DNA of 64,000 nucleotides from Batkoa obscura (Eukaryota): NCBI GenBank assembly GCA_030770535.1, contig JASVEC010000016.1, positions 124,001 to 188,000 of the forward strand, read 5' to 3'. Shown piece by piece: positions 54,120 to 64,000 of this stretch (position 1 is its first letter; each line of letters starts with the position of its first letter). The notes under the pieces were generated by a model. It saw only the letters and a program-made list of their open reading frames with translations, ran no database searches and was not told where the DNA came from. The position numbers and the translations under genes were made by a program.

Positions 54120-54339
54120 TTATTAATAGCTAAGTTAATAAATAGTCAAAGAACAAGTAACTGTAATAATATGTAAAAACTATTATTACTTGTACTATAT
54201 AGGGATGGTTAATTATAGTTTTGGGGCTGACCACTCCCTCCCATGCAGCTATTTATTAACTTGGCAATATATTAATAATGTAATTATAACATTAAAGTAG
54301 TTTATTTATTTGATAATAAATCTACGATGTTGGTTATAA
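54120..54339 (+). other. Nested inverted repeats / predicted structured RNA 3' of the transposase
   Basis: 18-bp stem 54129-54146 with 54248-54265 plus a 9-bp extension, enclosing two hairpins; a further hairpin at 54284-54339. Confidence 0.6.
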
Positions 54340-54706
54340 AGCAGTTGATAATAAATATTTCTCAATTAAGCTTTATAAGAACATGTATTTAAGATCTAGT
54401 AGAAATTCAACTAACTTACAGTATGAGCTATAATAGAATGATTTAGAACTGTGTTTGGGTACTTTTGTTTTAATAAAAGATGTGATTTTATAGAATTTTA
54501 AGCGAAGTTTTTAAAATACAAAATTTTTCAAAAATTGGATAAAATAATGAAACTAATTCAGACAACCCCAAATGATCAATATTCAATAACTTGATTTTTA
54601 AAATTTAAAGATTTTTTGCACAAATTTTCTAATTGGAAAAACATTTTAAAGTTGAAAAAAATCGAATTCCATCATCACCCTTTTTAATTTACAACAATAT
54701 AATAAG

Positions 54707-57215
54707 ATGTCAAGGCCAAATACGAAACCCGTTCCAAAAAAAATCAACCTTGATATTAAAGATACTATATTAAATATTAATATAAAAGAGTGTATTGAAG
54801 CTGATTTGATATCTTATAAAAAAAAGTATTATTCGGTTCAAAATAATGTACTAAACAGTCTTAGAAGTAATTTCCGTTTTCGTAATTATTAAAGTAAAAT
54901 ATTAACTATCACTCAAGCTTCTAAAAGTTTAGAAGGTAACCTGGAATTGAAGATGGCTCAGTTAATTATACCAGATTCCGAAAAGTAAATTAAGGTGTAC
55001 CTTGATAATACTTCTATACTAATGTCATAATTTTAGAAATAGAAAGAAGGCACAAGAAGTGGCTGAGGATTTAGCTTTATTGGGCAACAAACAACGATTA
55101 GTTACAAATGATTTAAAAACTTATCGCGATAGAAAAGAGCATTTGAAAAATTTAGACTCTATTTTTAAATATCTTAAAGAAAGTGAGTTTGATCCCAATT
55201 TAAAAAGAAGAGATTTAACGTCACCTCATAAAAAGCTGTTTGAGGAAATTTATAAACATTTATATCATAAATGTAATCCAGTTTACGAATTTGACAAAAA
55301 TGTTATTGATGGTGTTGTCCCTTCTTTAAATGTTCTTAAGTTTGTCTATTTTATTACTATTCAGATATTTTACTAAATATTCTTTTAGATGTCCATTTAC
55401 AAGCTTGTTAAAAAAATCCACATTTATATCACTTGGTTCACCATCCTCATGGACTCTTCTTTCAGCGATGTTAAATTGGCTAGTTAAAGTCATTCAGGTA
55501 CTTTAAACGATTTTTTTACTAAACAAAACTAACTTTAATTTAGACGGCTGATATAACTTGTGAAAACAGAAATAAAATTTCAACAGAGAATGATGGAGAA
55601 AAGAATTATCTTGAAATGTCTTCATCAATACTTTCTAAAGCTTATAGACAATGTTTAAAAGAGCGAAGCGGTGCAAATAGTGTAGAGAATATTAAAAATG
55701 GACTTAACGAGTATTTTGGTAAAGAGTTAGATTGAATTAAAATTTATTAATAACATATATATAGAAAATGATACTAAATGTTTGGAAAACGTAAAACAAG
55801 GTATAATATCTGAAAGAGAAAAAATTATTAAAAGAAGTCATGAAATTAACGAAAAAAGGGTAAAAGAATCTATTAATGCTTATCTAAATATTAATATATC
55901 TGAATAGGAAAAAATGGAATCAGAAGAAGAATATTATGAATATTTCAGAGATGCTCAAAAAATTACATCTGAATATGCCAAATTTACCGTGGGTAAGAAT
56001 ACTAGGCTATTAGAAAGACAGAAAAATGAGTTTATGGAAATTGAAAAAGCTGGTAGGTCCTAAGTTATTTTTGATAGGCTAAATGTAATTTTATGTGATA
56101 GAGACTACAATTAAAAAGATTGACACTGCTATAAAGAAAATTCGTAATAGATTAGAGGCACAAGTTTATAGGCCAGAAGAATGTAGTAAAATGGTAGAAA
56201 ATGAAAAAGAATTAAAAGAAGAAAAGCTCAAGCTGTTTGATCGTTCAGCAAAAGTTAATTCACAGCTAAAAGGGTTTAAAGAGAGAAGAGAATATGTTTT
56301 TAATGAGGTATAAAAAATCTTTATTTTATTCTTATTTTTTTTACTTTTTTTAAAGGCTCGGAAAGAAACAAAAAAATATAACCTGTCGCTTCATTCTTTA
56401 AGAGTTTTAGGTACTGCAAAAGCTCCAATAGACGAAGAGAAATACAAAGCTGACTTTGTTATAAGAGAAGTAGATTATAGTGATGACGAAAAGGAAGAAA
56501 AAGATAAAAAAATTAAGGAAATAAATAAACTTGAGTTTAACGATGACTTTAGAGTAATAATATCCAATTAAATGTATAGATAGAAATTAAACTTTTGTTT
56601 CTTATAGCAATATATAATTAATAGCTCTGAAACTTTAGTTCCTCAAATAGCCCTAACAGAAGAAAGGTTAGAAGCTGAAAGAATAAGATACAAAGAACTA
56701 GATCAAGAAGAATACAGAATGAGAGCATCTGTTAAGTTGCTAAAAGGGCGTATGGGTAGAGAAGAAGAACAGAATAAGATAGAAGAACATGTATGATCGT
56801 ATTTTGTTTTAGACGTTTTAATTGCTAAATTATTTTTAGTGCCAAGAAGATGATATAAATGACATTGAAAGGGAAATTAAACAAAATTTGGATTTTGATA
56901 AAAAGAATGAAGACTATGGAAAAGAGGATATTAATTTATTAAAAAGAAGGATTACAGAACTAAGTGAAGAGTAAGTATTATACTACGTCAACTATTTAAT
57001 CCAGATTAATTTCTATTAGGATTATAGAAGCTAAGCGTGATGGTAAAAAAAGGATAAAAAAAGAAAAAGAAAATCAAAGAATTATTTTAAATGAATTTAA
57101 TGAAACAAAACTAAAGGCAAGAGAGCTTGTACAAGATAAAAAAGAAGTCATGGAAAGCCTAGATAAAAGCATTGAAAAGTTCAATTATGAATTAGGTTTG
57201 AATGTAAATTCGTAA
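54707..57215 (+). CDS. NDC80: Divergent kinetochore protein Ndc80/HEC1 homolog, multi-exon
   Basis: CH-domain pattern LTSPHKKLFEEIYKHLYHKCNPVYEF...VPSLNVL.CPF...LGSPSSWTLLSAMLNWLV followed by a long coiled coil. Confidence 0.75.
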
Positions 57216-57394
57216 ATTTAGTAATCACAAATTAATTATTATATCCTCTAACTATTTCGCTAATTGAATCCTGAACTGATCTATTTAATTAATGCGTTTT
57301 TAATCCAATTATTTTAAGTAAATGTTTACAGTAAATTATATAAACAATTTCTTTAATACTTTTTATACTTTTATATTATACTTTACTTTCAAAC

Positions 57395-58101
57395 ATGAAA
57401 AACAATGATATTGATCCAACTTTTATGTTAAATACAGACAAACTCATATTCCCTAAAAATGGTTTAAATAGTAGTAATAAAAACGATATTGAAGAAACAA
57501 AGGAAGAAAATACTTTGGAATCAATCAAGATGCCACAAAATCACTATGATGAGGAAATGAATTATAGCTCAACAATATCAAATAGTAATATAAATCAACC
57601 TAGCATATTTGATGATGGGGATGATTTTGATGATAGTAATATTTTAGAGTTATTGAATCAGATTGAAAATGGTAAGCTAATAAAGAATAAAATTAAGGGC
57701 AATTTATTTAATTAAAAGAAGGAGTTAAAGTAAACAAAAAAGATAACAATAGTAGTAGTAATATTGAGAGTGCTTTAACTGCTGAGACATTTGATCAAGT
57801 TATTAATGGTATAATAAATTTCAAGGAGTAATTCGTTACTAATTTTATATAGAAACTTTAAACCAGACAAAAAGTTCATTTGATCAAATTCAGTCAATTC
57901 TAAAGTAAGTTTTTACATATTGAAATAAAAATACTGAAATTAATTAGTGAAATGGATGAAAATCGAAATCAAACATTAAAAATGGTATCTACTATATTAT
58001 CAAAAGCACAAAAGGAGAGAGATGAAGCTATACAAGTTTATGAGAATATTAAATCTAAATATTTCAATTTTAAAGATGGGATAAAGTCTAAGCCTAATTA
58101 A
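57395..58101 (+). CDS. Hypothetical protein, multi-exon, coiled-coil C-terminus
   Basis: 106-aa first ORF and further exons joined by GT-AG introns. Confidence 0.55.
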
Positions 58102-58377
58102 ACTATCACTACCTATACTTGTTTATTGAAATAAAATTTATCAGCATACATAACTACTTTGAACTTTTTAGCAACTATCAAATATATTATATAAATTACT
58201 ATAGTTTATGATTTATCTAGTTATTATACCATTAGATTTATATTGCTAATTTACCTTTCTAAATTTAAATTTAAATTTTATAATTCAGATTATAATAACT
58301 AATTCATATATTAATCTATATTAAATATAAACTTTATTTATAACCTGCTTCACTCTATAAGTCCTCTACGTTAACAT

Positions 58378-58599
58378 TTATTCATCTCCAGAGTACATAT
58401 TGTTTTCATAATTATGAATTAAACCAGGAGCTGAGTTTAAGTCAGTAGCTAAAACGGTAAGTTGATGAACAATATTGTTGGGCACCAAATGAATAGCTGT
58501 TGTTTGAGAAAGAAACTTGTTTAATATTTTTCCTGCTTTTAATTTATCGACCGTTTCACTTTGTACTATTTCAATCCTTAACGGTTTTGGGTTACTCAT
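58378..58599 (-). CDS. 73-aa protein, possible RNA polymerase I subunit A14 (Rpa14/Ker1)-like
   Basis: PLRIEI...V....A..ILNKFL...HQL..LATDL pattern resembles A14/Ker1; recognised by eye only. Confidence 0.45.
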   Translation of the reverse strand: MSNPKPLRIEIVQSETVDKLKAGKILNKFLSQTTAIHLVPNNIVHQLTVLATDLNSAPGLIHNYENNMYSGDE

Positions 58600-59485
58600 G
58601 ATTGATTTTATTTAGAATGCTAAAGTGCTCTTTAAAAGATTAAATTGGGTCTGCTTCAAAAAATTAATTTTTCGCTACTAGGTTGAGCCAATAAAAGAAA
58701 GAGAAATTGGGATTATCAAAAAGAGAGAAAGGCTAAAAAATATTGATTAGCCCAATTAGTTGATTCTAGATTAAAAATAGACTAAGATGTAAATACTCGA
58801 GAAAAATTAATAGTTATATTTTTTTACAATAGATTCATCTATAAGTAATTTATAAAGTAATTTGGCTTTTTTGGTTTGTATAAAAATAGGTCATAGGCTA
58901 CAACAGTAGTTTTATTTTAACTTTTTTAAATTTTACTTTAACTATGAATAAAACTAGTTCTATTCCATAGTTTCTAATGAGTTGTTGGCTACTTTCTATC
59001 AATTCAAAACAGCTATTCAAAAGACTAAAAACTAATGTTATAGTAGTGAGCATTATTTAATTGTAATTTATTTCTTTTCTAGCTAGATTCAACTTTAAAA
59101 TTCATTTTATGGTTACAGTTAACTACCTTTACAGTTTACGCTACAAAAAAAAGTCAGATTGCTTATAAATTACCTTATATCATTATTTATCAAGTTAAGC
59201 TGCTTAAAAGATCAGCAAAGAAGCACTTAATAAGAAACCTTCCTACGTACTGAACCATTTTTTATAGCGATTTGATATCGTATGATAAACATTTTATTTC
59301 TAACAACACTTCAATGAATATTAGCTAATTTTGTATATATTTTTATAAAACCTAATTATATTTTAATTTATTATATCTAGAAATTTATGTAAACAAATGA
59401 AAAATTAGAGAATATTATTTTTTGATAATGATCAATTAGATATAAACCAGTTAGAATTCTAATTGTACTATGGATAAAAAGATGA

Positions 59486-60353
59486 TTAACTGATAAGACC
59501 GACCATCAAAAAAGAATCATCTCTATTTAAAACTTGGGAATCATAAAATATATGCAATCTATCAATTCTTTTATAAGTCGATTTCTCTATTCCCGATTCC
59601 ACTACCCAAGTAAAGATATGAGCAATCTGGAAATCTGATGCATCAGCATATAGCTAAGTTGTTGGTGTATTACTTATATTTATAATGTACTCAATAAATA
59701 CCTATCTTTCTTTTCAAGCATTTTTCCTATATACCAACGCAACCCTGTAAATTAGTACCTACACAGCTAGTTGTTATAGAAAAATCAGATAATAACTTAT
59801 TTATTATTCTTGCAGGAAAATCAGTATCCAAAGTATCCAATACATTTTTCTACATATTTCTAACTTCAGTAGTACCTCCAAATATCTTGAACTCATATTC
59901 TATGTGGTGTTTACAAAAGGCTTTTTCAGCATCAAGACTATAAATCATATTTACTACATTTTTTATCTAAAATTTTTAGTTTACTTATACACTTTGGTAA
60001 TTCAACATTGAATATAGATTGGTCTGAAGGATATCAGTAACTATGTATTGTACTATAGTCTGTTAATTCGGAAAACACCCAATTAGGATCGAAACTATAC
60101 ATTGGAAAGTATTAATAGGTAACTGTATACTTGTAAAATCAGTTTTATAGATGTTACAAGTTCCTAAATAAAAATGGTTTAATACTATATCGCGATATGG
60201 ATAGACATCATCACCTATGGTACATTTGCTTTTTTCAGTACTATATAAAAATTGATAATTGGCAAAATTTACAAATTCTGAGGGTACACTACGTATTCTC
60301 TGCCCATAAATATTATGGAGCAAGATAATTAAGATAAGTACAAAGCTAAACAT
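59486..60353 (-). pseudogene. Pseudogenised paralog of the 60912-61793 secreted protein
   Basis: Collinear homology (SCVGTNLQGC, GIEKSTYK); frameshift near 60105; two Trp codons changed to TAG (near 59657 and 59728). Confidence 0.88.
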
Positions 60354-60614
60354 GTCGTAAGTATTAATTTTTAATTTTATTTTTCGTTTTCTTGAGCCCC
60401 TAGGTCTATATTCATATTATGAAAAGAACGGTTTCCCTTGATTTAGCGTTAATAAAGCTGCTGCTTATGATAGTGTTTTATTAGGTTATCCTAAAAGTTT
60501 TTTTACTGCTTTAAGGTAAAAACTAACAGCAAAAATATAATTGCAGTAACAAGGCATTTTCGCTTGAAAATAACTCTTAGATTTATCAAAAAATCAACTT
60601 AGTAACCAAAATAT

Positions 60615-60712
60615 GGGGATGTATTTTTGTTTTTAAGAATTTCATTAATAAATTTTGCGCTCAAATAACGCTTAAAAAATAGAAAAAATAATGAAGTCAA
60701 AAAAACACTCCT
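60615..60712. mobile_element. MITE family copy 8
   Basis: ATAT-GGGGATGT...CACTCCT-ATAT. Confidence 0.9.
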
Positions 60713-60911
60713 ATATCTTAAACACTTTCATTTAGTAATCACCACATCAAATATAATCTTTTTCAAATTAATAAACTGCAATGCTTGTTACGGTTTTTAT
60801 CTATTAGAATATATAAAAGTCTAAAATAATAAAAGTAATGATAGAATGCATTTTATTTGCTATAATAAGTCGAAGGTTAGTTAAACTCCTCGTTTACCAT
60901 AAATATATAAG

Positions 60912-61793
60912 CTAACCAATAAGTCCAATAGTCGAGAAAGACTCATTTTGATTTACAGCTTGGGGATTGTGGGAAATGTGAAATCTATCAATACCTTTAT
61001 AAGTAGATTTCTCTATACCCAACCCCGTTATACGCGCCCAAATATGAGCCAAATGTACGTCCAATCCATCAGCATACAGCCAGGTTGTTGGTATATTATT
61101 TGGATTCACTTTGTATCCTAATGTATTCAATAAGCAATTATCTTTCTTTTCAAGCAATTTTTCCCACATATCAACACACCCTTGTAAATTAGTACCTACG
61201 CAACTGGCTGTTATAACCAGATCAGACATTAAGCCATTAGTTGGTCTTTTGGGGAAATCAATATTTAAAATATCCAATATCTTTTTCTTTGTATTCTTGA
61301 TTTCAGTAGTATTTCCGAATACTTTGAGCTCAAATTCAAGATGACGTTTACAAAAGGCGCTTTTAGCATCAAGACCATACATCGTACTTACTGCATTTTT
61401 TTTATCTAAAGTCTTTAATTTATTAATGCATTTTGGTAATTCAATGTCAAGTATTTGTTGATCTATAGGATAGAAAAAGCTGGATACTGAGTTGTAGCCT
61501 GGTAGAGTTGCATATACCCAATTTGGATCGAGACTACACATTGGAAAAGTATTAGCGGGTAACTGTATTCGTGTAAAATTAGCTTTATAGTCATTGCAAG
61601 ATCCCAAATATGGCTTATTTAGCAGTAGACCACGCTTAGGGTTGGTATTGTCAGTTATAATGCATTTGCCTTTTTCAGTGCTGTATAGAGATCTATAGCT
61701 AACAAAATTAGTATATTCTGGGGGTACACCAGGAGTCTCCTGGCCACAGATATTATGGAACAATACAATCGATACAAGTAAAAACTTGTACAT
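60912..61793 (-). CDS. Secreted Cys-containing protein of unknown family, 293 aa, intronless
   Basis: Signal-like MYKFLLVSIVLFHNICG; intact ORF; two neighbouring paralogs. Confidence 0.85.
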   Translation of the reverse strand: MYKFLLVSIVLFHNICGQETPGVPPEYTNFVSYRSLYSTEKGKCIITDNTNPKRGLLLNKPYLGSCNDYKANFTRIQLPANTFPMCSLDPNWVYATLPGYNSVSSFFYPIDQQILDIELPKCINKLKTLDKKNAVSTMYGLDAKSAFCKRHLEFELKVFGNTTEIKNTKKKILDILNIDFPKRPTNGLMSDLVITASCVGTNLQGCVDMWEKLLEKKDNCLLNTLGYKVNPNNIPTTWLYADGLDVHLAHIWARITGLGIEKSTYKGIDRFHISHNPQAVNQNESFSTIGLIG

Positions 61794-63085
61794 TTTTTAA
61801 TTATTGAAGTTTATTTTTGATGCTTTTGGCCACCAAATTTATATTTATACCATTAAAATGATACTACCTTTTAATTTTTTAAAATAATACCGTTATCATT
61901 TATAAAAATAACTTTCATATTAATTAGTATGAAAAACTTACATAGAAAGAGTTAAATACTAAATGTAGATCTAAGAATAGTTGTTATATTGAATAACAAT
62001 TATATTCCTTTAATCCACATTATATTTCCTTGATTTTAAAAAGACCAGGTAGCTAACCACTATCTAGATTTTTTGAAATAATATAATTATCCACTAAAAT
62101 TCATACTTTTTGAAAATATTAATTTTATAGAGCTATACATATATTAACGTATCTATATTTAAATTAGAATTTATGCTGATCTGTTTAAAATCTAATTTTA
62201 AATTATATTATTTCCGTTGCAATTCATATAAGATACTTTCTTTTTAAGTGTATTTTACTTTTTAATTGAGTGGTGAACAAGATGAAATAAAATGCGAATT
62301 TTCCACCTTTTTGTGTTCATCATTAACTGGAAAGAAAGTCATAAAACTCTTATTTCTATAATATTCTTTTAAACAAGAAATGTTTTCTTTTCCTTCTCGA
62401 AAAATATATTTAAAGAATAACGATTAGTTAAACCGCCTAATGATTTTGATCCCTTAGAATTAACATAAAAAACAAATGACTTAATTAAATAATAGAGGGT
62501 TTTAATAACATTTAATGAAGTTTTATTACTCTTTCTATAGTTGTTTGGATTTAATAACTGTAATATCTAAAGAAAAACGGAAAGAATCTGAGTAATTTAA
62601 TGCTTTCACTCACAAAGTTAAAAGAATATAATATAAAACAAACTTATATTTTAAATGGGGGAAGATTTATTAACATAGATTAGAACCTCTTTTTCCATTA
62701 GTATTTTACTAAAAATAAAAACAGCATTTCTATATTAAATCAATCAAGTAATTTATAAGCTTAGTTTCCAAGTTATTTAAGAACATCTTAAAAATCCGGG
62801 TAAATATTATGGATTCAAACAGATATTGAATTGTTCCGTACTTTGTTACAGTATTTTGTTATATCATGCATATATCAAGAAGAAAAATTAAACAAACTAA
62901 ATTAAGAATATTAAGAAAGTTGTTGCCACTTTTGAAGTATTCTTAGTATTTAATACATTTAAAATATATGTTAGTACAGTGAATTTAGCTCAATAGTTAA
63001 AAGAAAGCAATTAAACTGTAATGTAGAATTACATTCTTTTACAGTATGCAACTCTAAAAAGGAAGTAAAATAGTTCTTATTATAT

Positions 63086-63186
63086 GGGGATGTATTTTTG
63101 TGTTTAATGATTTTGCTAATAATTTTTTTACCCAAATAGCAGCGCTTAAAAGATAGAAAAAGTAATGAAGCCAAAAAAAACATTCC
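63086..63186. mobile_element. MITE family copy 9
   Basis: ATAT-GGGGATGT...CATTCC-ATAT. Confidence 0.9.
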
Positions 63187-63389
63187 ATATATTAATTTTA
63201 GTATTTATCTATTAAAATTTGGTCATGACTTATTAAATGATTTAAAACTTAAATTTGTATAATAGTAGTATATGCTTTATTTGAATATAGAAAGCAAAGA
63301 GTATCATTTTAGCAGTTTTAGATGTGTATATCCCTTTATTGATATATAAAATTGAATTTTTAATCAACTTTTGTTATAAAAGAAAATAT

Positions 63390-63484
63390 GGGGATGTGTT
63401 TTTTTGTTTAAAAATTTTACTACAATCTTTCCACTCAAATAGCGTTTAAAAAATGGAAAAATAATGAAACTAAAAAAAACAGCC
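63390..63484. mobile_element. MITE family copy 10
   Basis: ATAT-GGGGATGT...CAGCC-ATAT. Confidence 0.85.
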
Positions 63485-63882
63485 ATATTGTTATGTATAA
63501 ATAAAATTCTAGAATATAATATTATGTTTGTTTTATTATTAATAAACTATTTAAAAGTTATAGCGTGTTTAACTACATTTTATATAATAAATGCTTTAAG
63601 TTTAGGTATTATAGTTGTGCTATATATTTAAGTCAAGGTTATAAATTAGGTTTAGCGAGATTTGATATTATATAGTAAATAGCTGCAATTGATAAAAGTA
63701 TTAAATACAGTTTATTTGATTCAAATAATCACATTTTATATAGCTTTTTATTAACCAAATTTTTATATTACGTTAGTTAAAAGTTATAAAAGCGTAAAAT
63801 CATTATAAAAAAGAAGTTTATTGATATTAACTAGTTTATAAATATCACCCAAACTGTAATCATATTATCGATATAAAGATAA

Positions 63883-64000
63883 CTAACCAATAAGGCCAAT
63901 CGTAAAAAAAGAGTCATTTCTATCTACGATTTGGGGATTATGGGATATGTGGAATCTACCAATTCCTTTATAGGTTGATTTTTCAATACCTAATCCCATT
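63883..64000 (-). CDS. 3' end of a third paralog of the secreted family (cut by the window edge)
   Basis: ...GLGIEKSTYKGIGRFHISHNPQIVDRNDSFFTIGLIG*. Confidence 0.88.
   Translation of the reverse strand, partial: MGLGIEKSTYKGIGRFHISHNPQIVDRNDSFFTIGLIG

Larger units (their letters stand above)
52115..54569 (+). mobile_element. Full-length Sola-superfamily (Sola2-like) DNA transposon, 2455 bp
   Basis: Left TIR GGGGCTGTCCTAATTGGTTTCA and right TIR (reverse complement) GGGGTTGTCTGAATTAGTTTCA match at 18/22; AAAT duplicated at 52111-52114 and 54570-54573; encloses an intact transposase ORF. Confidence 0.85.

Noticed and set aside
62971..63183. 70-aa ORF, and the similar ORF at 29328-29519
   Set aside because: Both are spurious frames running through MITE copies
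1..64000. CRISPR arrays, rRNA genes, alternative genetic code
   Set aside because: No regularly spaced repeat-spacer array and no rRNA-like sequence; conserved genes translate with the standard code

Overview
Very AT-rich, intron-rich eukaryotic nuclear DNA. Gene content and short GT-AG introns point to an early-diverging fungus (inference; the species cannot be determined here). Housekeeping genes: Tad1/ADAT1, Slh1/ASCC3 helicase, beta-adaptin, a hotdog thioesterase, PFK-2/FBPase-2, Mkt1, Erg24, a lipoate-protein ligase, PARN, Trs85/TRAPPC8, Rxt2-like, Efl1/Ria1, Ndc80 and a possible Rpa14. Accessory content: a decayed Dicer, small secreted proteins and DNA transposons. Highlights: (1) an AT-AC (U12-type) intron next to the catalytic Lys codon of the lipoate ligase, plus a second U12-like GT-AG intron; (2) a complete 2455-bp Sola2-like transposon with TIRs and an AAAT target-site duplication, whose transposase stop codon is followed directly by about 220 nt of strongly paired, RNA-like structure; (3) ten copies of a ~99-bp MITE whose end resembles that element; (4) a convergent pair of Thr-rich C-x22-C secreted peptides; (5) a tandem array of an unrecognised secreted family. 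Protein family calls rest on motif recognition by eye, not database searches.
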